Positions 50,844 through 63,399 of a DNA stretch of 64,000 bases are shown here, piece by piece. Every line of letters begins with the position of its first letter. Position 1 is the first letter of the stretch. The stretch is from the NCBI GenBank assembly GCA_013239625.1, contig MU053379.1, positions 1,482,974-1,546,973 on the forward strand. The letters are read 5' to 3'. This stretch comes from Lama guanicoe (lineage: Eukaryota). The translations under genes were made by a program, and so were the position numbers. Under the pieces are notes generated by a model. That model saw only the letters and a list, made by a program, of their open reading frames with translations. It did no database searches and was not told where the DNA came from.

Positions 50844-53800
50844 AGGTTCAGATTCCCTGGGGAGCTGACTTGGGAGATGTTCCCACTGCTTGGGTGGGTG
50901 GTGGGGGCAGGGCACCTTGGTTGGCCCTCATGGAGTGGGGTTGGGGTGGCGTCCCAGAGGAAGGCTGAGGTGCTGTGTAAAAACTGGGAGAGGTGCGAGG
51001 CAGGCAGAAATACCAGTTGTCTACTGACTTCTAGTCACTCCCTGAGGGAGCTTAATTGGATCTTTGGGGCCTGACAGTGACTTATGTATGAACAACGTCA
51101 TTTTATCTCAGTGCCTCCGCTTCCTCCCCTACCCCAATCATTAAAAACAATCATTAAAAATCTTTTTTTTACTTTTACATTTCATGCAGAATGTAAATTT
51201 AGGTCAACTTCTGTCTCACTGGACGTAACTTCTTAAATGGAAGTTTTCCCAACGGTTCTGTCACTCGCCCTGTTTTGTTCTCAGTATCCTCTCTGAGCCG
51301 TTTAGCCCCTGTCGTGATGTCAGGCCTCCCCTTCCTGCAGGTGACTCCTCCGTTTGGCACTGGCCATGTCCAGCCTCCCATGAGAATCCTCCACCCAAGT
51401 CCACTAGGCTCAGCCTGCTCTCCCTCCAAGACGTACTGTGGCTGGTACCACACAGTGGCTCCCTCGGCATCAATTTCAACCCCCTTATGCATGTCTCCCT
51501 GTTCTGTAGCGTCTGGAAAGACAGAAATGACTTTTTTTTTCAAACTCGCGGGCAGCTGGGGAGCCACACTTGGTTGAACCCCTCCGAGCAGGCCCATCCA
51601 CGTGAGACACGGGTGGCGTGTGGACGCTGTGTCTGTGTCAGAGGCTTTTGGTCCTTCTGGGGCAGCGTGGGAGCCTCTCACAGGCTGTGCGTGGTGACAG
51701 CAGTAGGGTGTCTGCTAGAACATTCCCGTGGGCAGGTTGGAGTTATCTCCTGGCTGCATCGCTCCTGGCCCTATAGCAGCCAAGCTTCCTGGCCCCATGG
51801 TTATTTTGTGAGACAGCTAGTGGAATAAACCTTTTCTGCTTAAACTTGTTAGAGTGGATTCTGTTGTCTTAGTCTGCAACTAAGAACACTGCCTGATGTG
51901 CACACTCACTCGCTCCCCCAGTGCTGTGGTGTGAATGTTAAGCCTGTGCCAGGGTGTGCTTCCCCCAGCAGTGTGTGAGAACTGCAGCTGCTTTGTCCTC
52001 TTGCCAGCACCGGGTTTTGTGAGCACTTTACTGATGCTGGTAAAAGAAACAATATAATTTTTTAAAAATGATCCAATATCATCACGTGCCTGTGGGTGGG
52101 AGACAAGATATTAACACACACACACACACTGGTTTTGAAAAACTTTGCATTGTAGTTTTTTCAAAAAGCATGTTTCTTATTAACACTAGTTAGGTCTTTT
52201 GAGTCCAGCTCCTCATTTTTGGGACCTGTCACAGATGAAAAATTTAGGAAAGTCTTCAAGGTATTATTTGATTTAAACTAGAAAAACCTCTCCGAATCTG
52301 TGGGTAGCTTCCCTAAACGTTCCCGTCTCCTCCTTGGATGGGCGAATGGACTGTGCACGGAGCTGTCTCCTCATCCATCCAGGACAAGTGACAGAAACTG
52401 GCTTCGTATCCCTGAATTGTCCTCTGAATGTGGGAGGAGACTAGGCATAAAGTGGCTCAGGTGTAGAAGTTCGGTCCCACGACTGGTCTGTAATTTAGCC
52501 GTCATTTTCATGTTGAATTGGGAAGCACATTCAGAGATAAGAGGCATATGGTTAGCAGCTAATTAACGGCCTTGGTGGAATTCTTATCAATTCAGGAGAC
52601 TGAGCTAATTTGAAACCACTGCCAGCTCGGTCTGTTAATGAGCTGTGCTCTGTTCCCTCCACCCTTCCCCTAAGTGTCCTCCCTGACCCCTAAGTCTGTT
52701 GCAAAGCTAAATGAGTGTTCCCCACCTGCCAGGGCTGGAGTCTGACCTCAGCACAGCCCTTCATCCACTGGGAAATTTCCCGTTTCACTGTCCAAGGCAA
52801 CGATTTCAGCACACGATGCTTCATGTTCAGAGAAATCCTTTTACAAAGAGACCAGGGCCCAGTGTTGTGTTGTGTTTGCTGGTGTGTGTGTGTGTGTGAG
52901 TGTGGTGGGGGTGGGGAGCTAGAGGGCAAGGTGGCTGGTGAAAGAGGCAGGGTGAGGTCACTCATTCCAAAGAACCAAATAAATTGCTTCTGGATAGTCC
53001 ATCATGTCGACATTCCTGTCTCCTTTCCTTCCCTCCTTGGTGCTGACAACCGGACCCTTCGGGACCCAGTGGCTGGAGCAGGACAGGCACATCCTGAACC
53101 GCTCGGGTCCGAGCATCTCATCCTCTGCAGACACAGGAATTGCATTCACTGTCTTGTGCTCCATGTTTGAGACCAGAAGTCAGACTCTTCATGTCAGAAT
53201 CGGTGGAGGGAGTCTAAAGCATATCACGTGGCCAGGCCCAGGTTGAAGGGATGGAGAAATGGACTCCACTTCTTGAAGGAAGGAGCTGAAAAATACTGTG
53301 ACCACATTTCCTCCACCTGTGGCAACTGGTGACTGCGACAGCTAACTCAGCAACGGGATAACCTCTGACATTACATTTAAAAAAACCCTCTAAATCTCCA
53401 TCTCCAGGGTCACTCAGAAAAGCAATGTCTTGCTAATGCAGGGAAATATTACAGGAAGGAGATTAGATAATCTCATTCCTCTCTTCTAATTACCCAGTTG
53501 GTTTTGTTCCAAAGGGCCAGCCATCATCTCCTCGAATCCGTCAAGAACTCACAGCCTCTGGTCTTACTGCTCCATCAAGGAAGAGCCATACGTTTATTCT
53601 TGTCTTCATTTCTTAACTGCTGAGGAAGATGTTGCTGAGTTTTAAGGGGTGATAATTAATCATGCCTCTTCCCCTTCCATCTTTGGAATCAGTTGAGAAA
53701 TAGATGCAAGCGATGGGAACTGGAGATCAAAATAGCAGCTCCGGTGCGGGCAGCCCTGGACCAGGGACTGTGGTTTGGGCTGCGGCCAGACCCGGCTCCC

Positions 53801-56800
53801 TGCCGCTCCCTCTCAGGGCCTGGGGTGCCCGTGGCGGGGACCTGGGTCTGCAGAGCAGGTCCACTGGCTTGGCCAGACGGAAGGAGCACTGTCGCCTCTC
53901 ACATCTGAGGTCATGGATGTCAGAGGGATAAGGGCAGGGCTTGGGCACACGGGGAGAGGGGCTCCCGGGCTCTGTGTGCCTGTGGCTCCTTCCCTCCTCT
54001 CCTCACCACCAGGCAGCTCTGGCCCTGCTCTTCCCTCGGGTAGGAGTGAGGCGGCGGAGCACGCAAGGTTAGGTGGAAGCTCTCCTCCAGTACTTTCTGT
54101 TCTGATTTGGGGGCACTTTTTCTGTATGCTTATATTTTTAAAACCTCTCGTTGAAGCAAACTATACCTACAGAGAAGAGCACACATCATAAACATGTGGC
54201 TCAGCACATTTTCCTCAAATTAAAAACGCATATAAAACACCAGATCACAAATCAGAAAATTACCAGCTCTCTAGAAGCTGCATGAATCTCTCTCTCTCTC
54301 TCCCCCCTCCCCCTCTCTCTTTGGGTCTGGCTTCTTTTGCTCAAAATTGTGATTGTGAGTTTCCCTACATTGTGTATAGATGTAGATTGTTAATTCTCTT
54401 TGCTGTTTGGTATCCTGCTCTGTGAATACCCTGTGATTTACTTACCTATTCTACTGTTGATGGGCATATGTGTGGCTGCCAGATTTGGCTGATTAAAACC
54501 ATTCTAATATGTGTATTTCTGATTGATATGTCCCTGGAGCTATCTTCTGGGCCCCAGCTTCTCCACCTCTAGAGATACAGCCGCCAAAATGCTTAGCGAT
54601 TTTAGACACTGAAGACTGTTTTTCAGAGTGGAACCGTTTGGAGCTCCCGCTGGCCACATTGTGAGAGTCCCAGCTGCCCGCCTCCCCGCCTCCTAATACT
54701 CTGATGTCCTGTAGATGAGGGTGAAATACCAGGGGAGGGAGAAAATGGGTCCCTCTATAGTTGAAAAGGGAAAACATTTTTAAAGAATAAAAAAAAAAAA
54801 AAGAAAAATGCACCAGTCCTTATTTTTTGATGCATTTCAAAGTAGGTTGCAGGCAATTAACAGATGGGGGTCTTTTCAGGGGCAACACCACCCTACAGGC
54901 AGGAGACTGATTTGTGATCTAAGTTTAGAAACATGAGATGCTCTCAAAATCTCACTCATCTCTGTGGAGGAAGGGTTTTGTGGACAAAACGTTCCCTGCA
55001 CAGAAAATGTGATAAAGCACCAATTAGTGGCTGCAGCGATGAAGTGGGAGTGTTTACCCTTTCCCGCGTGCCAACAATGTGCTCCTTAATTTGAAAATAG
55101 GGTACAAAGTGTTAGCAAGTGAAGAAGAGAAATCGTTCATCACTCAGCTTGACATATCTCCTTTTGCGGCAGAAGCGAGAAGAGGGAGCCTCTTTGCTCC
55201 ATTTATTCTGGGTTTCATCTGACTTCTCTGAGAAAGGACCAGATGCTCTAATGAGGGGTACCAGACACCGGGGATATCTGGAGATCAGGACAAAGCATGC
55301 TGACAGCTTTCCCCTCGAGAAGCCCACCTTCCCTCCGAGCTCCCCAGAGCGCTCCGTGTGCACCGCCCAACAACAAGGCTTATTATCGCTTTCTGCAAAT
55401 GGTAGGAGAGCGGTGCAGGGAGGCTGAAAAGGCTCACTGGAGGCTACAGGGGAAGCTAAATGTTCAGCCCAAAATAGAAACTGAGAGCTCTGGGAAACTC
55501 AGACAGCCTAAGAGGGTCCTTTAATCTCTGGACCCTTCTGTGTCTTTTTAGACAATAAGCCTTTCCTTGAAAGAGTTTTTTTTCCTCCCTTAATGACAGA
55601 GCTGCCAGCTCTCCCCCAGGATATTGTAAAAAGGTGACATTTAACAGTGAAAATTGAAACTCTAATTGACTTCTCCAAAAGCAGAGAAACAAGTGGCCTG
55701 TACTCCTTCTCTTGGCCCAATGTTTGTAACTGTCCCCTTGGGTTCTACCTTGAGGGAAGCTGAGGAGGCAAAACAGAACAGTTCACTTGCGTGGATCTAG
55801 TCACACACACGAGATGGTTTTTACTGTGCAGCGGGAGACGTGGAGAGCCCAGCCAAGTAGACAGAGGTTTCACGTCACTAGTTCCTGGGACCAAGGCAGC
55901 CCCAGAATCTCTTGCAGTGATACAGAAAGAGCTGGCGGTGACTCCTCCATTTCCAGATCTCGGCGTACGGGGGCCTGTGACTATTTGGATTAGTTGTGTT
56001 ACTTGCTTCGGCTAGCAGAAACGTGAGCAACATGTACTTGTGCAGGAGCTCTTGCCTTCTTGTTTGCAGTCTTTGGCATGAGAAGAACATGCCCCAGGGG
56101 GCCTGTTGGTCAAGGAGAATGAGGGACACCTGCGGCCTGGACCCTAGCCCCATGGAGCCCTGCCTAGATTGGCCAACCCCTAGCCTCTTTGCCACCATGT
56201 AAGCAAGAAATATTTGCTTATTGTTGTGAGCTTCTCAGTTTTGTGGTGGTTTGTTATGCAGCACGTTATGTTATAGCTGACAGATACAGGGCCATTGAAT
56301 GGAAAATAGGTAGAGAGAGATTCTTGGTGTGCTACAGACAAAATTTACAAAAGTGTTCGGCTTGAAATTGTCACATAGCAAGCACCCAGTAACTATGAGA
56401 GGAACTGAATTTAACAGAGTGATTGTATTTCATATATTTGAAAAAGAATAGAGTGAACCACACCATATGTTCTGAAAGTCTTCCCTGCCTGTTGATGTCA
56501 TCCTTTTAATAACTGTAACTTTCATGAATCTTTTTTTCTAATGGCTTCCCCCTCCCCATCTCTTCCCTGGTCAGTATGTTGACATCTACCTACAATTCAA
56601 TACTGGGCTGAACCATGAACACTCATATACCCACCAACTAGATTCTACAAAATTAACATTTTGCTATATTTGTTTTGTTACGTGTCTACCTCTTCATCCT
56701 TCTATCCATCCACCAATCTATCTTATTTTTAAAATACATTTCAAAACAGATTGCAGCTATCAGTACACTTCTCCACCTGGAGACTTTTGACAAATACATA

Positions 56801-56953
56801 TACCCATCACCCCTGAAAGTTTCTTCATGTCCTTTCCTAGTTAATCTCATCCCTACACCTCAGGGTAAAGACTATTTTGATTTTTTTCATTATAGATTAG
56901 TTTTGCCAGTTTTAGAACTTCATATAAATGGATTATACACTATGTAGTCTTTT

Positions 56954-56981
56954 TTTTTAACTTTTTAAAATTGAGTTATAG
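56954..56981 (-). mobile_element. 28-bp L1 3' tip with 15-bp TSD
   Basis: TTTTTAACTTTTTAAAATTGAGTTATAG flanked by ACTATGTAGTCTTTT at 56939-56953 and 56982-56996. Confidence 0.75.
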
Positions 56982-57538
56982 ACTATGTAGTCTTTTGACA
57001 TAACATTTTTGATATTCATCCGTGTTGTGTCTATCAGTACGGATCCTCATATTTAAATGAATAATTACACAACATCTTTGCAGACTCTCTTTACCTTCAA
57101 AATTTTGGCTTCTGTGATGTGTATACAGTTAAAGTAACCACTGATGAATAATACACTTGTACCAATCATCCTTCTGAAACGGCTTGTCTGTCAGAGAACT
57201 TGTTCTTTGGTTTTCATCCCTGCCCTTCCCCCGGTTTAGGGTTGATAAATCTTTCAAAATTGCCAAGGAAATTTATCAAGATTTATCCCATAGGCACAGT
57301 GCTGTTGACTTGCTGAGTTCAGTAAAATGTAGGGGCTGACCCAGCTCTTAGGATTCATGGCATCTGACTTTTCTCCAGGGGTCGTCAGTAGTTTATCCTT
57401 CACAGGCCTCATAACACGGCGTCCACACCGCGGGCACGTAGCGGGAGTGATGGCCAGGCCTGGCACGTTGTCCTTCCTCTTGGCTCTGCCCAGCCTGGGC
57501 GACCGGAGTCCACAGCACTGAGTGGGAAAAAATGAAAC

Positions 57539-57949
57539 TGTTACGGAAACGACAGGCCAGTCAAGAAACAAGCACCACTCGGAGGGTTGGAGTACTCAGA
57601 TTTACGCCGGCAGGCTCAGGGGGGCTTCTGCTCCGAAGCTCTGAGCACCTTCAAGACGTGCACATGAGGTTTTATAGGGTAAAGTACAAGCTTGGGGTAT
57701 TTGGCCAATAGGCATGGAACAGCTTTAGCAGCATCATCATCACAAAAGTGGAGGCGGGGAGGCAGCAAACCAACATTCCAAAGCCAGATATGTATCTTTG
57801 AAAACCCAGCTGTCTAGCAAAAAAACATGAACAGCAAACCAACACTAATTAACCCAGATTTACAAGTTAGTCCAGCAGAACTCAGATCAGTATTCCAATA
57901 CTTAGATTTGTGAGTTATCTTGTTAGACCAGCCCAGCTTTTCCTTCACA
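57539..57949 (-). mobile_element. ERV1-class solo LTR (411 bp)
   Basis: TG...CA ends with a 4-bp TSD AAAC (57535-57538 and 57950-57953). Minus-strand TATAAAA at 57670-57676, CCAAT at 57705-57709, and an internal repeat CAGCAAACCAACA twice. Confidence 0.8.
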
Positions 57950-58079
57950 AAACTAAATAAGAAAAAAACGACACTTCCTCCACAGCAGCTGAATGCCAGT
58001 GCTCAGCCTATTCAACCACTTACACTTAGCTTGCAGTTTTTACCTCGGCTGTTTCTAAACATCAAAGCCACACTCAGCT

Positions 58080-58472
58080 CCCGCCTGCGTTCAGGGACAA
58101 GTAGAGAAGCAGGAACTACCTCTCCCAGAATCCCTCTCCCCGTGGACTTCCGCGTTGGCGCGGCGCGGACTTCTCGCGATCCTTGGAGGGCGGAAGTGAC
58201 GCAACACGAGCGTCGTCCTCCCCGCGAAGGGCCAGTGCGGGGACCGTGTGCTGTCTGGTGGTTGCGGCGTCCCTGGTGGGCTCCGTCCGGCTGCCGTCCG
58301 CTCCCCCGACGTCTGGGCCTGGCTGCCGCCCCGCCGCCTCGGCCCGGCCGCTGACACAGGCAGCAGCCGCGCATAAGCGTGTCGCCAGCCTCCTCCCGCA
58401 CACGCGGAAGGTCGCACCCCTGTAGCAGGTGCCCCGTTGTGCTGCCTCTCGCCTGAACCCTGAGTGGATACA
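58080..58472. promoter_or_regulatory. CpG island with housekeeping-type promoter motifs, no adjacent coding gene
   Basis: Dense CpG. ZNF143/SBS-like ACTACCTCTCCCAGAATCC at 58115-58133, reverse ETS ACTTCCG at 58146-58152, BANP-like TCTCGCGA at 58172-58179, and ETS-CRE composite CGGAAGTGACG at 58191-58201. Confidence 0.75.
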
Positions 58473-58867
58473 CTCACCTCAGAGGGTGTGCAGCTCTGGC
58501 TGCTGGCTCCTCCTTTTCCTTCCCAACATCCTGGTTTGGTTCCACACTCCACCACGTAGCGAGATTAGGGAGAGCTGGCCGAGTCTGGCCCCAACGGTGA
58601 CTTGGTGAACCTGAGCCGACCCTGGCAAGGGTAACGGCCACCCTCCTGGCCAGTGAGATGGGGCGAAGTCACTGAAGGGGAGAATAGCCCTTCCAGTAAA
58701 GAGTTAAGTGTAGGAGAAAGTGGCTCTTTCTGTTGTTTTTCTACTGAATGTTGCCCCACGGTGTTGTGTCACAAGGGTCACTGGCCTTAGAGGAACGTGC
58801 AGCAGGGTGGAAGGAGGGACCTTGGGTCCTTGGAGACTCACTGGGCTGCTCAAGGAACCAGCCCTGG

Positions 58868-59480
58868 AGTAGCTAACCCCTCCCTTTTGCCTGGGACTTC
58901 TCGCCTTTAGTACTGTCGACTGAAAAAAAATGCATAACTTAAAAATTGGTAATTATTTTATTCTGTGGATTTTCTGAGGACTTGAAGCGCAGGAAAACAG
59001 CCTCTCAAATAGCTCTCAGGGACTGCTCCAAAGAGGTAAGGGAGGAGCCAGGATATATAGTTATTATAACGCAGACTAGGTAGTTGGAACATCAAAAGAT
59101 TACTGTTTAATTCTTTAATTAAGAAAACCAGATATCTCAAGTTAAAGAATTCAGCCCTTTTCTGTGTGTGGGCAGGTGCAACAGTTTGGGCTCACTGAAA
59201 TCATGCCTTTGCTACACCCTGTATCCAGGGGCAGTGTCCTGTCTTTCCCATCCTGTGTCCCCTCAGGGTGCATCGTTAGGGGTCACTGCAATGGCTGAGG
59301 GCTTGGCAGCAGGCAGCCCATTTTTCTCCATCCGGAGTTCCCCAGGGCTCGCCGTTGAGGGCAGCCATAGTGGCTTGATACTGTTTACTGACATGTCAGG
59401 CAGCATCGTTCACTCACAGTACTAAAAGTCCTGTGTCCTGGGAAAATCCTCGGTTCTGAGTGTGCCAGTGGTCCCTTCTA
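58868..59480. mobile_element. MER81-like hAT-Blackjack element split by the LTR at 58914-59418
   Basis: The joined flanks TTTGCCTGGGACTTCTCGCCTTTAGTAC|TAAAAGTCCTGTGTCCTGGGAAAATCCTC resemble the recalled MER81 consensus. AGCCCTG occurs on both sides. Confidence 0.6.
58914..59418 (-). mobile_element. ERV1-class solo LTR (505 bp; resembles cetartiodactyl MER41-like LTRs)
   Basis: TG...CA ends with a 4-bp TSD GTAC (58910-58913 and 59419-59422). TATATA at 59054-59059 and minus-strand AATAAA at 58957-58962. Confidence 0.85.
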
Positions 59481-59641
59481 GCCCTGCCTCAGGACTTCTT
59501 TAATGGGAGATGATTCCCCTTACTGTTTAAGCCCTTTGAGTTGTGGCTGTTTTTGATACTCATAGCTGAAAGCATTCTGAATGATACAGGGCAGTAAAAG
59601 AATATGCCTTTTGTTTCTGACAGCAGTTATAAAAGAGGTAT

Positions 59642-61380
59642 TCTTTTTTTAATATCTATTTTTATTGAAATACAGTCAGTTTACAATGTGTCAGTTTCTG
59701 GTGTACAGCACAATGCTTCAGTCAGACATGAACATATATATATTCTTCTTCATATTCTTTTTCACCATAAGTTACCACAAGATATTGAATATAGCTCCCT
59801 GTGCTGTTCAGTATGAATTTGTTGTTTATGTATTTTATATATAGTAGTAAGTACCCGCAAATCTTGAACTCTCAAGTTATCCCTTCCTACCCACTTCCCC
59901 TCCTGGTAACCGTAAGTTTGTTTTCTATGTCTGTAAGTCTGTTTCTGTTTCATAAATAAGTTCGTCTTTTTTTTTTCTTTTAGATTCCACATATGAGTGA
60001 TATCATGTGGTATTTTTCTTCCTCTTTCTGGCTTACGTCACTTAGAATGACGTTCTCCAGGGCCATCCATGTTGCTGCAAATGACATTATTTTATTCTTT
60101 TTTATGGCTGAGTAGTATTCCATTGTATAAACCACAACTTCTTTATCCAGTCATCTGTTGATGGACATTAGGCTGTTTCCATATCTTTGCTATTGTAAAT
60201 AGTGCTGCCGTGAACATTGGGATGCATGTGTCTTTTTGAATTAGAGTTCCTTCTGGATATATGCCCAGAAGTGGGATTGGTGGGTCATATGGTAAGTCTA
60301 TTTTTAGTCTTTTGAGGAATCTCCATACTGTTTTCCACAGTGGCTGCACCAAACTGCATTCCCACCAGCAGTGTAGGAGGGTTCCCTTTTCTCCACACCC
60401 TTTCTAGCATTTATCATTTGTGGACTTTTGAATGATGGTCATTCTGACTGCTGTGAGGTAATACCAGAGTAGTTTTGATTTGCATTTCTCTGATAATTAG
60501 TGTTATTGAGCATTTTTTCATGTGCCTATTGGCCATTCATGTGTCTTCATTGGAGAATTGCTTGTTTAGGTCTTCTACCCATTTTTGGATTGGGTTGTTT
60601 GTTTTTTCTTATTGAGTCATATGAGCTGTTTGTATATTCTAGAAATTAACCCCTTGTTGGTTGCATCTTTTGCAAAGATTTTCTCCCATTCCGTAGGTTG
60701 TCTTTTTGTTTTGCTTATGGTTTCCTTTGCTGTGCAAAAGTTTATAAGTTTAATTAGGTCTCATTTGTTTGTTTTTGCTTTTATTTATATTGCTTGGGTA
60801 GATTGCCCTGGCAGAACATTGCTGAGATTTATGTTGGATAATGTTTTACTTATGTTTTCTTCTAAGAGGCTTATAGTGTCTTGTCTTACGTTTAAGTCTT
60901 TAAGCCATTTTGAGTTTATTTTTGTGTATGGTGTGAGGGAGTATTCTAACTTCACTGATTTATATGCTGCTGTCCAGTTTTCCCAGCACCATTTGCAGAA
61001 GAGACCATTTTTATTGCATTGTATGTTCTTGCCTCCTTTGTAGAAGATTAATTGACCAAAAGTTTGTGGGTTTATATCTGGGCTCTCTATTCTGTTCCAT
61101 TGATCCATATGTCTGTTTTTGTACCAATACCTTGCTATTTTGATTACTGTAGCTCTGTAGTGTTGTCTGAAGTCTGAGAGGGTTATTCTTCCCAGATTCA
61201 TTCTTTTTCTTCAGTGATGCTTGGCAATTCTGGATCTTTTGTAATTCCATGTAAGTTTTAGGATTATTTGTTCTAGTTCTGTGAAAAATGTCCTGGGTAA
61301 TTTGATAGGGATCACATTAAATCTGTAGATTGTTTTGGATAGTATGGCCATTTTAACAAAATTAATTCTTCTAATTCATG
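59642..61380 (-). mobile_element. young lineage L1, 5'-truncated
   Basis: Reverse ORFs contain [36 protein letters not shown] and [16 protein letters not shown] (L1 ORF2p). Confidence 0.95.
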
Positions 61381-61520
61381 TTTGCTCATCTTTTAAAATT
61401 AAGGTATAATTGACACTATATTAGTTTTAGGTGTACAACATACTGGTTTGGTTTTTGTATATATTGTGAAATGATCACCACAGTAAATTTCCATAGCATC
61501 TGTCACCGCACACAGTTACA

Positions 61521-61522
<2 letters not shown>

Positions 61523-61558
<36 letters not shown>
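61523..61558. repeat. (TG)n microsatellite inside an old L1 fragment (about 61390-61620)
   Basis: Uninterrupted TG run seen directly in the sequence. Confidence 0.95.
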
Positions 61559-61559
<1 letters not shown>

Positions 61560-62189
61560 TGTATCATCATAGTTTTCATTTGCATGTCCCAGGGACTAGT
61601 GATGCTGATGGGAGAATGCACCTTCCCATGTGCGTGCTGGCCATTCATAGTGGGATTCCTTCGATGGTAAAGATGGAAACTCAGGAAGGGGACGTGCGTG
61701 GGCTGTGGAGCTGCATTCCCCTCTGACACACTGAGGCGGGAGCGGCAGCCCAGCTGGGGACTCATCTGAACAATTCAGAAGGGACAATCTGCCCTTCGGG
61801 AAAAGCGGGTCCGGCAGCCCCGGGGCCCGGTTCTCTAGCGGCTGCTGACAGCGAGCCCACTGGGGAACTGCCTGCTTCTTCATTTTGAACTTTGAGTGCC
61901 CTTGTTGCCCGTGCCTGCTGGCCTCAGGGTAAGCCTGGGCTTGGGAGCCCGCTGGGTTCTGTTTTATCTGCTCCGCGTTAGCAGTACCAGCTCATCCATC
62001 ACGTGCCAGGGGAAGCCTGTTGCATTTTCTGATACTCCCAGAGAGAACAGAGCTCCTGGCAGCTCTATTAAATGTAATTTCACTTACATATGAGAGCAGT
62101 GTGGTCTGGAAAGGACACAGGTGCCAACTTGATGGAGAGCCCAGTGGCTCGATCTGGGACACTTCGAGCAAGAAAATAATCATCGTAAT

Positions 62190-62640
62190 AGATTGTGACC
62201 CAGAAAATAAAATAAATATCCATCAGTCCATGCTGAGATAAGTAAGTGATTAAACAGAGACAGAAATGGAGGCGGAAGTGAAAGCTCATCCTTAAAGCAG
62301 AATTCCAGCTGTTCAGGCTAAAGGGGGTGACTGGACTAGAAAATGACCTTTAGCACACATCACACTGATGGACCACGGGTGGCTGCAGAGGCTGTGGAGT
62401 GAAGTATGACACGAAACAGGATATTTGCAAAGCCTCAGAGTATCTCCCTTCAAGACGCTGATTCGTTACAAAGGGCAGCAGCAGCTCTGCGGGGGAGAGG
62501 CCCGGTGGGCAGCACCTCGACCATGTGGCCAAGGGCAGCGGCCCCAGTGAGGGGCCCGGCTGGCACCAAGTGCCCCGGTGTGATGCACTGAGCGGGACAC
62601 CAGATCACTCCTGCCAAACAGCCTCGACCTAATTGTGAGA
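62190..62640 (+). mobile_element. L1MC-like 3'UTR fragment
   Basis: TGTGACCCAGAAAATAAAATAAATATCCAT...TGCAAAGCCTCAGAGTATCTCCC...TTACAAAGGG. Confidence 0.45.
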
Positions 62641-62659
62641 AAGCATCAGGCAGACTGGA

Positions 62660-62900
62660 AGTGGGTTCTGGGGTCACTCTGCCTCTGTTCATACCTGGCC
62701 ATCCTGCTTGCCAGCTGTGCGACTTTGGAAAGTCACCTCATTTCTGCTTACCTCAGTTTCCTTGTCTGTAAAACAAGGTACCCAGCTGGTGTACAGCTCA
62801 GACGGTTATCATGTGGATTAAATGTTAATTTAGTTGATTAAGTGTGAATACATGCACAGTGCCACAGCGGGGCCTCAGCGCAGAGTAAGGGCTGTGCTGT
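62660..62900 (+). mobile_element. MIR SINE
   Basis: GCCAGCTGTGCGACTTTGGAAAGTCACCTCAT..CTG..CCTCAGTTTCCTTGTCTGTAAAA...GGATTAAATG. Confidence 0.7.
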
Positions 62901-63399
62901 TACATGCGGTTCCATGTGACACCAGCGGCATCTTCTGCTGACCTTAGGGCTATTTTCTTTCTTTCTTTCTTTTTTTCCCCTCTCACTGTGCTTCTGGAAG
63001 CTTTCTGATGCAGGCCCTGGTGCTGGTTCCTCCTCCAACCAGCTGTTTTGCTCTAAAAGCATTTCCCACCCCACCAGCAGGCGGGTGAAGCCAAACCAGC
63101 ACCAGCACCCGTGCCTTAAGGGTCATCCACTCTTGAAGGAATCAGAGTAACTGTTCTCTCACTTAGCATTGTTGGAAAGACAGAGCTCATGTCACCATGG
63201 AACTTTCTGTGGCCAGTTTCCCTTATTCCCAGCATGGAGTCCAGACCGTTCTGGGCTTGTGAGACCTTGTGTTTTGGGGGGGTGGTGTGGATCTGCCTCA
63301 CAATGACCTGTCTGAGCTCTCACCCCATGTCACATTTTAGCATCTGTTTGGCCAGTAAGGCTGCAGCACACACACCGGCCTCATTCCCCACTTGGCCTT

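Larger units (their letters stand above)
58790..59588 (+). mobile_element. MLT1J/K-like LTR 3' part, interrupted by the MER81-like element and the ERV1 LTR
   Basis: CCTTGGGTCCTTG...AACCAGCCCTG|CCTCAGGACTTCT...TGTTTAAGCC...GCTGAAAGCATTCTGAATGATACA. Confidence 0.6.

Noticed and set aside
55119..55524. Overlapping ORFs with protein-like segments (NNKAYYRFLQMVGERC...)
   Set aside because: There is no recognisable homology and no convincing flanking splice sites.
57920..58555. Several overlapping ORFs across the CpG island
   Set aside because: They are expected from very high GC content and have no coding signature.
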